64,000 nucleotides of DNA from an uncultured Alphaproteobacteria bacterium. Its GTDB lineage: Bacteria; Pseudomonadota; Alphaproteobacteria; RF32; CAG-239. Location: contig CALXTN010000006.1 in the NCBI GenBank assembly GCA_944391405.1, positions 13,885 to 77,884 of the forward strand. The letters are read 5' to 3'. Both the position numbers and the translations under genes were made by a program. Under the pieces are notes generated by a model. It was not told the origin of the DNA. It worked only from the letters and a program-made list of their open reading frames with translations, and did no database searches. Below, in pieces: positions 9,922 to 18,632 of this stretch (positions within the stretch are counted from its first letter, which is position 1; every line of letters begins with the position of its first letter).

Positions 9922-10731
9922 ATGTTAGAAGATATAGATTTAATATATAATGGCGAAGAACGTCCCAGTAAGGCTTACTTTACGCCAATAAGCAATACAA
10001 AGATGTCAAAACCCATTGGAGGATTATGGACATCTCCATTAGATAAGAGCACAGGAAAAAGTGCATGGCAAGATTGGTGTGAAAGAGAGGATTTTCATCC
10101 TGAGCGCTACCAAACGCAATGGCATATTGTTCCGGATAAAGATGCCAAAACATTAACTGTAGATGAAAACTTAGATAATTTACAACCATATTTGATTCCG
10201 GATGGCTATTACGGAAACATCATAGATTTCGAAAAGTTATCAAAAGATTATGATGTGGTAAGATTTCCGAAAGAAGTTGTCCGCAAAAGCTATTACGAAT
10301 TAAGTTCGTATGATATTGACAGTACAATATTCCTAACGCCCAAATTTACGGCAATGAATCACCAAGAATACAAAAGATCTAAAGCAGATGAGGCATTTGC
10401 CAAAGAGTTTCAGAAACGACAAGCCTCAAAAGATATATTGACAGAATTAAAAGAAGAGGAGAGAAAAATAGAAGACCTCATGTACGCTTCTCTGCAACCG
10501 CAAGAAAATACGCCTCAAGAAACTCCGGTAGAAATAGAACAACGTGTTCAAGTTGCATCACAACCACAAGAAAATATAGCCAGAGAAGCTCCGACAGAAA
10601 TAAAAGAAAGTGAACATGTAGCTCAGCAAACGCAAGAGAATATGATCCAAGAAACATCGCCAAAAAAGAAAAACAATCTTTTTAACAGATTGGTCAAACA
10701 AAAGTTATGGAACAAAATGTTCTCTCGCTAA
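9922..10731 (+). CDS. hypothetical protein with C-terminal QPQEN tandem repeats
   Basis: ORF track; ATG with AAGGAGG upstream; no recognised domain. Confidence 0.6.
   Translation: MLEDIDLIYNGEERPSKAYFTPISNTKMSKPIGGLWTSPLDKSTGKSAWQDWCEREDFHPERYQTQWHIVPDKDAKTLTVDENLDNLQPYLIPDGYYGNIIDFEKLSKDYDVVRFPKEVVRKSYYELSSYDIDSTIFLTPKFTAMNHQEYKRSKADEAFAKEFQKRQASKDILTELKEEERKIEDLMYASLQPQENTPQETPVEIEQRVQVASQPQENIAREAPTEIKESEHVAQQTQENMIQETSPKKKNNLFNRLVKQKLWNKMFSR
10495..10660 (+). repeat. in-frame tandem repeat, 66-nt period (about 2.5 copies)
   Basis: Units start at 10495 (CAACCGCAAGAAAAT), 10561 (CAACCACAAGAAAAT) and 10627 (CAAACGCAAGAGAAT). They encode QPQENTPQETPVEIEQRVQVAS / QPQENIAREAPTEIKESEHVAQ / QTQENMIQETSP. 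Confidence 0.8.
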
Positions 10732-10845
10732 AAGATAACAGGTACAATACTAAAGACCACATATTTTTTATTTTCTCCTCTTTACAAATACAAACAATCT
10801 GCTATACTCCGCGGCAATAAAACAATCAGAGAGAAGGAAAATAAA

Positions 10846-11739
10846 ATGAGCAAGCAAACATGGCAACCTGGAACAATGTTATCCCCTCTTCCGCCGGCAT
10901 TAATCGGCTCCGGAAATATGGAACATCCAAACGTAATGACTGCTGCATGGACGGGAATTATCTGTTCAGATCCAGTGTTAACATATGTATCATTAAGACC
11001 GAGCCGTTATACGCATGAGTTAATCAGCCAAAATAAAGAATTCACAATCAATCTGCCGACATGGAAAATTGCGGAAGCGACAGATACGGTTGGCGTAAAG
11101 TCGGGTAGAGATTTAGATAAATTTGCATTAACAGGCTTGACCGCCGAACCTTGCTCAAAAGTCAAAGCACCGCAAATTGCCGAATGCCCTGTATCTATGG
11201 AATGTAAAGTGTTGGAAGTTCGTCCGTTTGGCACTCATGATATGTTTTTGGCAGAAGTTGTGACCGTAAACGTGGATGATAAATATATAGATGAAAACGG
11301 TGCGTTAGACTTGGAAAAAGCCGGATTATTGGCATATGCGCACGGCTTTTATTACACTTTAGGACGCAAAATCGGTAAATTTGGATTTTCAGTAGAAAAG
11401 AAGAAAAAGCAACCATCAGCACCATCTATCGCAACTGTTATGAAGGCAGATGAGAAGTTTAGCAAAAAGAAAATCCAAATGCCCAAAGGCCGAATAACCA
11501 CACCCAAAGAAATAACCACCAGTTTTATGGAAAATGGTGTAGAAGTAATTGTCAAAAAGTCGAAATTTGAAAAGAAATCAAAGCCATCTGCAATCAAAAA
11601 CGACAAAGAACACAAGGCGCATGCTCGTCAAAAAAGTGTAAAATTCAGTCGTAAGGAAAACAAAAACACCAGTTACGAACCATATAGTTTTAAAAAGAAA
11701 TCAGATGGCAGCTTTAAACAAAAAGCAAAACGAAAATAA
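10846..11739 (+). CDS. flavin reductase-like (FMN-binding split-barrel) protein with a ~100-aa Lys-rich C-terminal tail
   Basis: N-terminal ~195 aa (NVMTAAWTGIICSDPVLTYVSLRPSRYTHELI...APQIAECPVSMECKV) matches the flavin reductase domain. The tail from EKKKKQ onward is K/S-rich low complexity. Confidence 0.75.
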   Translation: MSKQTWQPGTMLSPLPPALIGSGNMEHPNVMTAAWTGIICSDPVLTYVSLRPSRYTHELISQNKEFTINLPTWKIAEATDTVGVKSGRDLDKFALTGLTAEPCSKVKAPQIAECPVSMECKVLEVRPFGTHDMFLAEVVTVNVDDKYIDENGALDLEKAGLLAYAHGFYYTLGRKIGKFGFSVEKKKKQPSAPSIATVMKADEKFSKKKIQMPKGRITTPKEITTSFMENGVEVIVKKSKFEKKSKPSAIKNDKEHKAHARQKSVKFSRKENKNTSYEPYSFKKKSDGSFKQKAKRK

Positions 11740-11814
11740 GAACTAAAAAATAAAAAGCTTATTTAAATCCGTAAAAAAGCGATTATATCAAAAGAGCGCA
11801 ACGGAAAAAAAGAA

Positions 11815-12717
11815 ATGAGCTGGATATTTTTAAGCCTGATATATTCTGTTTTTAATGCCATATATACGACATTTAATGAGCAATATCGTTATAATGGTTA
11901 TGTATTGGGAATATGGCGAGGGTTCGGTGTAAGTATATTGATTGCGCCGCTATTATGGACAGTACCCATGATAAATTCTGTACCATATTATGCGATATTG
12001 ATATTACAAGGCATAATGATAGGAATATATGATAGTCATATATTCTTTGCCTCAGCAAAATACGGGAGTCATTCTTGCTCAGGATTTATGGCAACATGTG
12101 TATTGCTTACAACGTTTATGTGGTGGGGTATAGATTTTCAAGAATTAATGGATTTAATTCAAAAACCACATTTACTGATTAGTTTGGTTTTGATATTATG
12201 TGGTTTTTCGGTAAGTTATTGGCAAATGATGAAAGTAAAGATTAGTCGTCAGGCGGAAGAATATTTATATCCGGCAGTATTTGCCTTGGCTCTGATGAGC
12301 ATAGCGACACGTTTTATTGCAATACACGGAGGTAGAGTATATACAGGAGTAATTTATTATTTAACAGTATCATGTTTTACCAGTGGAATATATAATGCGA
12401 TAATGTTTTTAAGAAATAAGGAAAGCCCATTAGAAACAAAGAAAGGTATGTCAGCGAATGTAGTACCGAAGCGAAAAGAAATGTTGCTAGCACCATTAAA
12501 ATCAGGAAATGTCATATGGTTAATAATTTTTAGCGCGATATTGATAACGGCCAAAACCATAGCATTAAGAGAGGCCGAAAATCCGGCATATGTAATTGCA
12601 ATGTTATTGTTATCACCGATAATTATTGATATTTTTAAGACCAAACAATTTCCCCACTCACCGATGAGTATATCGGTAATAATCTTTTTGGGATTATTGC
12701 TATGGCTGGTTGGATAA
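11815..12717 (+). CDS. polytopic inner-membrane protein (~9-10 TM), family uncertain
   Basis: ORF track; hydrophobic segments throughout. Confidence 0.6.
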   Translation: MSWIFLSLIYSVFNAIYTTFNEQYRYNGYVLGIWRGFGVSILIAPLLWTVPMINSVPYYAILILQGIMIGIYDSHIFFASAKYGSHSCSGFMATCVLLTTFMWWGIDFQELMDLIQKPHLLISLVLILCGFSVSYWQMMKVKISRQAEEYLYPAVFALALMSIATRFIAIHGGRVYTGVIYYLTVSCFTSGIYNAIMFLRNKESPLETKKGMSANVVPKRKEMLLAPLKSGNVIWLIIFSAILITAKTIALREAENPAYVIAMLLLSPIIIDIFKTKQFPHSPMSISVIIFLGLLLWLVG

Positions 12718-12738
12718 AAGGAAAATAGTTTTATAAAT

Positions 12739-12764
12739 AAAAAAAGCGCCTCTAAAGAAGCGCT
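12739..12764 (-). terminator. intrinsic terminator after dnaJ
   Basis: Minus-strand AGCGC-N10-GCGCT followed by T7. Confidence 0.5.
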
Positions 12765-12787
12765 GCGTCAAGTTAAAGAGTAGAGAC

Positions 12788-13906
12788 TTAACCGAACAAT
12801 TTGTTCCAAAAGCTTTTTTCTTCTTCAGGAGCTGCTGCATCAAATTGTTTTAAGCATTCTTTTTGAGCATCGGTTAATTTCGTCGGAATAACGACCTTGA
12901 ACTCCACAAACAAATCCCCTCTTTTATCAGAATTCATATAGCGCATCCCTTTACCTTTAATACGTAACTTATCACTAGGCTGCGTTCCCGGCTTAACTTC
13001 TACATTAATTTCTTCACCGTCAATACCTTTAAGTTTAAATTGTCCCCCCATAGCTGCCATAGACATGGATATTGGAGAAACAGTAAACAAATCAGCCCCA
13101 TCACGCTCATAAGTTTTATGCCTTTTAACAGTAATAAAGACATATAAATCGCCCTTTGGACCGCCACGTTTACCAACTTCACCTTCGCCTGCAACTCTCA
13201 TACGTGTACCATTTTCGATACCTGCGGGAATTTTAATTTTAAGCGATTTCTCAAGTTTTTCTTTACCTGTACCACGGCATTTTTTACATTTATCGGTAAC
13301 AGCTCGTCCGGTACCTCGACATTGCGGACAAGTCGTTTCAAAAACAAAGAAGCCTCCTTGTTGAGTACGCACACGCCCCGTTCCGCCACAAGTAGCGCAA
13401 ACAGGAGGTTCTTTACCATCTGCAGTACCATGTCCATGACAAGCATCACATTCTTTTGAAGTGGTAATATTAATTTCTTTCTCTAAACCAACATAAGCTT
13501 CTTCAAGAGTGAGTGCGATATCATATCGGATATCGTCACCTCGTTCAGCATAAGAACGTTGTCTAGAGCGTCCCTGCCCTGTAAACTCGGAAAAGATATC
13601 GGAAAAAACATCAGCAAACCCTGCTCCTGTAAAATCAAAACCATTAAATGGATTAGCACCAGCACCGCCCATACCGCTTGTAAAAGCCTGATGCCCATAG
13701 CGGTCATAAGCCGCGCGTTTCTGGTCATCTTTTAAGACTTCATATGCCTCGTTAATTTCTTTAAACTTAGTTTCCGCATCTTTATTACCTTGATTTCTGT
13801 CGGGGTGATACTGCATCGCCAATTTACGATACGCCTTTTTGATTTCATCTCCCGAAGCGGTTTTGGTCACACCCAAAACTTCATAGTAGTCAGCCGTGGT
13901 AGTCAT
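12788..13906 (-). CDS. dnaJ: molecular chaperone DnaJ
   Basis: J domain with HPD (YHPDRN), a G/F region and four CxxCxGxG motifs ([32 protein letters not shown]). Confidence 0.95.
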   Translation of the reverse strand: MTTTADYYEVLGVTKTASGDEIKKAYRKLAMQYHPDRNQGNKDAETKFKEINEAYEVLKDDQKRAAYDRYGHQAFTSGMGGAGANPFNGFDFTGAGFADVFSDIFSEFTGQGRSRQRSYAERGDDIRYDIALTLEEAYVGLEKEINITTSKECDACHGHGTADGKEPPVCATCGGTGRVRTQQGGFFVFETTCPQCRGTGRAVTDKCKKCRGTGKEKLEKSLKIKIPAGIENGTRMRVAGEGEVGKRGGPKGDLYVFITVKRHKTYERDGADLFTVSPISMSMAAMGGQFKLKGIDGEEINVEVKPGTQPSDKLRIKGKGMRYMNSDKRGDLFVEFKVVIPTKLTDAQKECLKQFDAAAPEEEKSFWNKLFG

Positions 13907-13951
13907 ATCATCAAACCATAGAATAAAACATTACATATATAAACCTGTAGA

Positions 13952-13982
13952 ATATTTAGGTACAATATTTTGACAATGCAAG
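13952..13982 (-). promoter_or_regulatory. candidate heat-shock (RpoH-type) promoter of dnaJ
   Basis: Minus strand reads CTTG-N18-CCTAAATAT, the same CTTG-N18-CCTA layout found upstream of hsp20. Confidence 0.3.
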
Positions 13983-14118
13983 CCTAAATTAACTTTATGC
14001 CAAAATAAAATAATCAGCCTGACAAAAAAACTTGACAAGAACAATGAAAAATTTAAGATACAAAAGACTAACATAACTATATGTCTATAATTCGAGTAAA
14101 CTTTCAAACATCATAAGT

Positions 14119-14637
14119 TTGAAAAAATTATTAACTAAAAAAACAAGCTGTATGGAAAAGACTAAAGAATTAGCAGAGCAACTTCTTGTAAATGCTCTAA
14201 TCTTTTATCAACAAAGTGATCGCATCAAAGCCTTAGGAAAATGGCAATATAGTGATGATGAAACGCTTAAAATAGCTATAAAGGCAATAGAGGATGGCGC
14301 CGAACTAAATGGTAAAATAGCTTACCCTTTTGGCGGAGATGTTCCTTATCTGCAAGTAGCTACAGATAAGCAAATGTGGTCTGTGGCAAAAAAAATGATA
14401 GATTATGGGGTTAACGTGAATGAAATAAATTTTCAAGGAACGAATAGTCTTCATAATTTATTTATTTACTTTTATTACTTTGAGCTTTGTAAAGATCGCG
14501 ACGAAGCACGAGCTGTTATGGTAAAAATGCTGCAACATGGTGCATTCACCAGCGGTATAGCCGATATGGTAACAAAAGATCCATACGGACAAGAATTGTT
14601 GTCTGATCTAATTAAAGACGCAGCAATAAAGAAATAA
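14119..14637 (+). CDS. hypothetical protein with ankyrin-repeat-like segment
   Basis: TTG start in the ORF track (alternative ATG at 14152). YLQVATDKQMWSVAKKMIDYGVNVNEINFQGTNSLHNL resembles the ANK consensus (helix pair ... G-x-N/D-V-N ... G-x-T-x-LH). Confidence 0.45.
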   Translation: MKKLLTKKTSCMEKTKELAEQLLVNALIFYQQSDRIKALGKWQYSDDETLKIAIKAIEDGAELNGKIAYPFGGDVPYLQVATDKQMWSVAKKMIDYGVNVNEINFQGTNSLHNLFIYFYYFELCKDRDEARAVMVKMLQHGAFTSGIADMVTKDPYGQELLSDLIKDAAIKK

Positions 14638-14650
14638 ATCGCAATTAAAG

Positions 14651-14686
14651 ATAGACACTGCCTAACAAGGTAGTGTCTATTTTTTT
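14651..14686 (+). terminator. intrinsic terminator
   Basis: ATAGACACT-N12-AGTGTCTAT followed by T6. Confidence 0.7.
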
Positions 14687-14690
14687 AAGA

Positions 14691-15032
14691 TCAATCACAA
14701 TCAGAATAAGCGGAAATAACTTTATCATTACGCAATAAAATTTTTACACAACATTTTATAGCAGAGCTTGACGGATATGGCATGTTATAAGAAATCATTT
14801 CTCCGCCTCCAACAGACTGAAAATTCGTGTAATAAATCCACATAATAACTCCATCGCTAAGATTTTTAATAACATTAGGAGCGCCATTAGCCAACCAAAG
14901 TTCAGAGATGCTTTGTCCTTTATAAGCAGCAATACCATTAAGTTGATAATAAGAATTTTTGTTATTGGTACTCCAATGACAAGCTCCTGCAAACAAGACC
15001 AGAGCAAGTATACTAATTTTAAGCAATTTCAT
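14691..15032 (-). CDS. small lipoprotein or secreted protein; paralog of the C-terminal domain of 16098..16619
   Basis: ATG 15032 preceded by GGAGG. MKLLKISILALVLFAGAC is a signal peptide with a lipobox-like Cys. The C-terminus ...VISAYSDCD parallels ...VTTAYTNCY of the other lipoprotein. Confidence 0.6.
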   Translation of the reverse strand: MKLLKISILALVLFAGACHWSTNNKNSYYQLNGIAAYKGQSISELWLANGAPNVIKNLSDGVIMWIYYTNFQSVGGGEMISYNMPYPSSSAIKCCVKILLRNDKVISAYSDCD

Positions 15033-15157
15033 CAAAAACCTCCATCATCATCAATCTTAAGGCAGATATAATCATCAAAAAGACCGATACAAGGAGGTAA
15101 AAAAGCAAAAAAGACGTGGTTTTTAGCTAAATTTAAACTTTAACAAACAAATTTAAG

Positions 15158-16075
15158 TTATTTAAAACGCTGTTTAATTTTCTGCAATAAAGATAGATTT
15201 AGATTATTGTTAATTGATAAAATTTCCACCTGACAAGAATTAGGAATTAAATTTTCTAAATACGCAGGCAGAGCTTTTTTGAGTTTAAGATATCTAAGAT
15301 GAGATAAATCCGCCCCGATCAACAAGACTTTATCGTAACCCGATAAATCAAGAAAAGAAGGTAAATTTTTCACACCGATAAGTTGAGCTTCATGCCCTTT
15401 TCCTAAGATTAACTTATCAAAATTACGTAAATCACACCCATTAAGACAAATATTTTGCACTTGAGAAAAGTCGATATTATTCGGCAAGTTTTGACAATGA
15501 GTAATTTCAATATTGCAGTTCGGAGCAAGTTTCAATGTTTTGACTTTCTGGAGATTTTGCCCGTAAATTTCCACCGTTGAACATTCCGTCAAGTCAATAA
15601 AACTTGGCAAATTAGAAACAGCTTTAATTGAGCATTTCTCTCTCAAGACTTTAAGACCATCATATTTTTCCGCATTGAATTGCACAAAATCCGTATCAAA
15701 TGATTGAAGACAATAAGTCGGTGTCGGAGAAGACATAAGCACCTCACCTCGTCTGCGAGCCGTTTGAGCAATATATTTCGCCAATTTTTTTCCATATCCG
15801 CCCTTTTCTGCTAAATTTTTTGCAATATTATGAATATCATCAGGTTGAAGACGGTCTACAAACGTAAGAAGCACGATAGATTCAAATTCTCGTTGCTTAT
15901 CAAGCGGTAATTTTTCAATACACATCAACATATCACGAATATTGCGCGCATAGTTTGTGGATAACAGAACCTCGCTTCCGACATCTAGTGTAATTTCTTT
16001 TTCACCACGTTTATAGGGGCGCAACATATTTTCGATTTTGAGCGCCCCCTTGGGAGAAGAGATAAGCAATCCCAT
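15158..16075 (-). CDS. hypothetical protein with C-terminal leucine-rich-repeat-like region
   Basis: Repeated ~22-aa units: NLPSFIDLTECSTVEIYGQNLQKVKTLKL / NLPNNIDFSQVQNICLNGCDLRNFDKLIL / NLPSFLDLSGYDKVLLIGADLSHLRYLKL. Confidence 0.5.
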   Translation of the reverse strand: MGLLISSPKGALKIENMLRPYKRGEKEITLDVGSEVLLSTNYARNIRDMLMCIEKLPLDKQREFESIVLLTFVDRLQPDDIHNIAKNLAEKGGYGKKLAKYIAQTARRRGEVLMSSPTPTYCLQSFDTDFVQFNAEKYDGLKVLREKCSIKAVSNLPSFIDLTECSTVEIYGQNLQKVKTLKLAPNCNIEITHCQNLPNNIDFSQVQNICLNGCDLRNFDKLILGKGHEAQLIGVKNLPSFLDLSGYDKVLLIGADLSHLRYLKLKKALPAYLENLIPNSCQVEILSINNNLNLSLLQKIKQRFK

Positions 16076-16097
16076 TATATAATCACCGAATTAGAAA

Positions 16098-16619
16098 TTA
16101 ATAGCAGTTTGTATAAGCCGTGGTGACATAAGTACGATAAAATTCAACCGTTAATGTACATAATGAATGTGGTTGATACTCATCCAATTCACAATAGCGT
16201 ACAACTTCACCTTCATTATCCTCACGGTCGTAATCTATATAATAAACCCAACGTACGGTGTTATTACCGATATATTGAGCATGCATTGGCTCTTCAAAAT
16301 CATCAAAGAAGTCGCGCATTTGCTGTCCTTGCTGAATTTCAAAACCGGCGATATGCATAACCTCGCCTTTGGGAGCGCGATAATATGTATAAGTCGGCTT
16401 TTGATTATAATAAGTATAGCTAGGTTGGTCATAATAGGTATATGTAGTCTTGCGTTTATAATAGATATAAGTAGGTTGTTGTGGTTCATATTGTTCCGTA
16501 TAATAAACTTGCTGAGGTTCAACTTTCGGAGTATCTCTACGATAAGTCGGAACATAGTTAGGATTACAACAACATCCTGCCAATAGCAAAACCGCTACGG
16601 CCACCAAAATTTTTCTCAT
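16098..16619 (-). CDS. lipoprotein with Tyr/Thr-rich (P/S)TYTYY repeats
   Basis: ATG 16619 preceded by AAGGAG. MRKILVAVAVLLLAGCC is a lipobox. Repeats PTYIYY, TTYTYY, PSYTYY and PTYTYY are present. Confidence 0.6.
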   Translation of the reverse strand: MRKILVAVAVLLLAGCCCNPNYVPTYRRDTPKVEPQQVYYTEQYEPQQPTYIYYKRKTTYTYYDQPSYTYYNQKPTYTYYRAPKGEVMHIAGFEIQQGQQMRDFFDDFEEPMHAQYIGNNTVRWVYYIDYDREDNEGEVVRYCELDEYQPHSLCTLTVEFYRTYVTTAYTNCY

Positions 16620-16678
16620 GATTGAAAATCTCCTTAAAATGTAGTCTAAGGTCAAAGACCAAAATTTAATAAAAAAGC

Positions 16679-17857
16679 TTAACTTACTAACTCTAAAATA
16701 ATTTCGTCCATCAGGGTAAATCCCTTGTCCGTAAGTTTAATGTTGGCGTCATCATAACACAATAAATTTAATTGCGCAAGTCTTTTTGTCATTTTTTTTG
16801 ACAAAAAATCAAATAAATGTATACCGCACGCTTTATAAAAATATTTGTCACTTACACCTTCTTCAATACGAAGCCCCATGAGGACTAATTCTTCAGCCCT
16901 TTCAAGAGGGGTTAATGCTTCATCAAGATGTCCGTCTAAAGTTGTAAAAATTTGTCCGTTAAGTCGGAGACGTCCGTGAGCTCCCTCGCCGATACCAATG
17001 TAATCTTCTCCTTGCCAATAAGTCAGATTATGCACACTTTGGTCAGGGAAAGAGTTAGCAAGGTTTGAGCCCTCGTAGCGTTGAAAGCCACAAGAACGCA
17101 AGTAAGAAACTGTGTTATTATATAGGGATAAAGATTGTTCTTCGTCCATAGGCTTAATATTTTTACGAAAAAAGGGTGTACCCTCCTCAATAGAGAGTTC
17201 ATATAGAGAAATATGAGAGAGGTCAAATTGCAGAGCGGTATCAATTTCCTTTTGCCAAGTATCCCACTGTTGTTGCGGACGCGCATAAATTAAATCAATG
17301 GAAAATTTCGGAAAAGTTTTAGCTCCCAACTCCATCGCCGTAAGCGCATCGGATAAAGAGTGAGTGCGTCCGAGTTTTTTTAAGTCGTCAGCTTGAAGAG
17401 CCTGTACACCTAATGATAAACGATTAATACCGGCATGACGAAAAGCTAAAAATTTATTTTGCTCAAACGTGTTCGGATTAGCCTCTAAAGAAATTTCTGC
17501 ATCTTTGGCTATCACAAATTTCTTTTGCAGTTCGTTTAAGACCAAGTCAACCGCCTGCGGCGATAATAAAGATGGTGTTCCTCCACCGAAAAAGATAGAT
17601 TTAACGGCTCGCTTATGCGGGAATAAATCTGCAAAATAAGCAATATCCGACAAATAGTGTTGAATAAGCTCCTGCTCGTTAAAAGATTTAGGTAAAAGCC
17701 CACGAAAGAAATCACAATATGGGCAACGACTTTTACAATACGGAAAATGAATATAGACAGCCAATTCATCTTCATCAGACAAAGGTATTTGCCCATCCCC
17801 TATTCTCGCCGTCTGTATAGCCTCTGCTTGCTTATTAAGATTATCTTCCGTATTCAT
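16679..17857 (-). CDS. hemW: radical SAM heme chaperone HemW (coproporphyrinogen III oxidase-like)
   Basis: Radical-SAM CxxxCxxC motif in YIHFPYCKSRCPYCDF. The ORF track start at 17872 is TTG; the first ATG is at 17857. Confidence 0.85.
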   Translation of the reverse strand: MNTEDNLNKQAEAIQTARIGDGQIPLSDEDELAVYIHFPYCKSRCPYCDFFRGLLPKSFNEQELIQHYLSDIAYFADLFPHKRAVKSIFFGGGTPSLLSPQAVDLVLNELQKKFVIAKDAEISLEANPNTFEQNKFLAFRHAGINRLSLGVQALQADDLKKLGRTHSLSDALTAMELGAKTFPKFSIDLIYARPQQQWDTWQKEIDTALQFDLSHISLYELSIEEGTPFFRKNIKPMDEEQSLSLYNNTVSYLRSCGFQRYEGSNLANSFPDQSVHNLTYWQGEDYIGIGEGAHGRLRLNGQIFTTLDGHLDEALTPLERAEELVLMGLRIEEGVSDKYFYKACGIHLFDFLSKKMTKRLAQLNLLCYDDANIKLTDKGFTLMDEIILELVS

Positions 17858-17894
17858 TTCCACTATAACCAAAATCAGTGAACGTATTTTCGGA

Positions 17895-18617
17895 CTAACC
17901 TAGCTCGGCACAAGCGTTTTCGATACGATTTTGCAATTCAGCCATAAATTCTTTCTTTCCGGCAAAATCTTTAATATTCATTGGCGGTAAGAATTGAAAA
18001 ACAACTTTCCCTGGTTTACGAATAAAGGAAGCCTTAGCCCACACCAAGTCGGAATTCAAAGCCACCGGTACAATCGGCATATCCAAATTTTCCGCCAAGA
18101 AGACAATACCGGATTTATAGCCTTTAACCTGCCCGTGTTTACAACGAGTTCCCTCAGGAAAGATAATGATAGAGCGTCCGTCAGCCACACGTTTCTGCGC
18201 TTCTTTAACCATACCTTTCATTGCTTTTGCGCCGGCACCTCTGTCTACGGGAATCATACCATAAAGAGCCTGTCCCCACCCAAACAAGGGAATATAAGTT
18301 AATTCCTTCTTAAGCACAAACACCGAATTAGGAATAATATCGGTATAAGCATAAGTTTCAAAAGCAGATTCATGCTTACTGGCAAAAATCACATTAGGCG
18401 TGATATATTCTTTTCCGCGAACTTCAATGGTAATACCGCAAAGCTTAAGCATTCCGCCCCAAATCATCTTGTGCAAATATTTATCCCAAAGTTTAATCAT
18501 AGCCTTGCGAGAGCATAGCCCCACAATAATACAAACGGCAAAAGCAACCGCCATAATCGGATAAAAATACAAATTAGCAATTAAAGAGCGAATAAAAAGA
18601 TAACATTTAGACATCAT
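17895..18617 (-). CDS. plsC: 1-acyl-sn-glycerol-3-phosphate acyltransferase
   Basis: N-terminal TM segment, acyltransferase block SKHESAFE and FPEGTR. ATG 18617 lies after AAGGAAGG. Confidence 0.8.
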   Translation of the reverse strand: MMSKCYLFIRSLIANLYFYPIMAVAFAVCIIVGLCSRKAMIKLWDKYLHKMIWGGMLKLCGITIEVRGKEYITPNVIFASKHESAFETYAYTDIIPNSVFVLKKELTYIPLFGWGQALYGMIPVDRGAGAKAMKGMVKEAQKRVADGRSIIIFPEGTRCKHGQVKGYKSGIVFLAENLDMPIVPVALNSDLVWAKASFIRKPGKVVFQFLPPMNIKDFAGKKEFMAELQNRIENACAELG

Positions 18618-18632
18618 CAAGCCTTCCTTATT

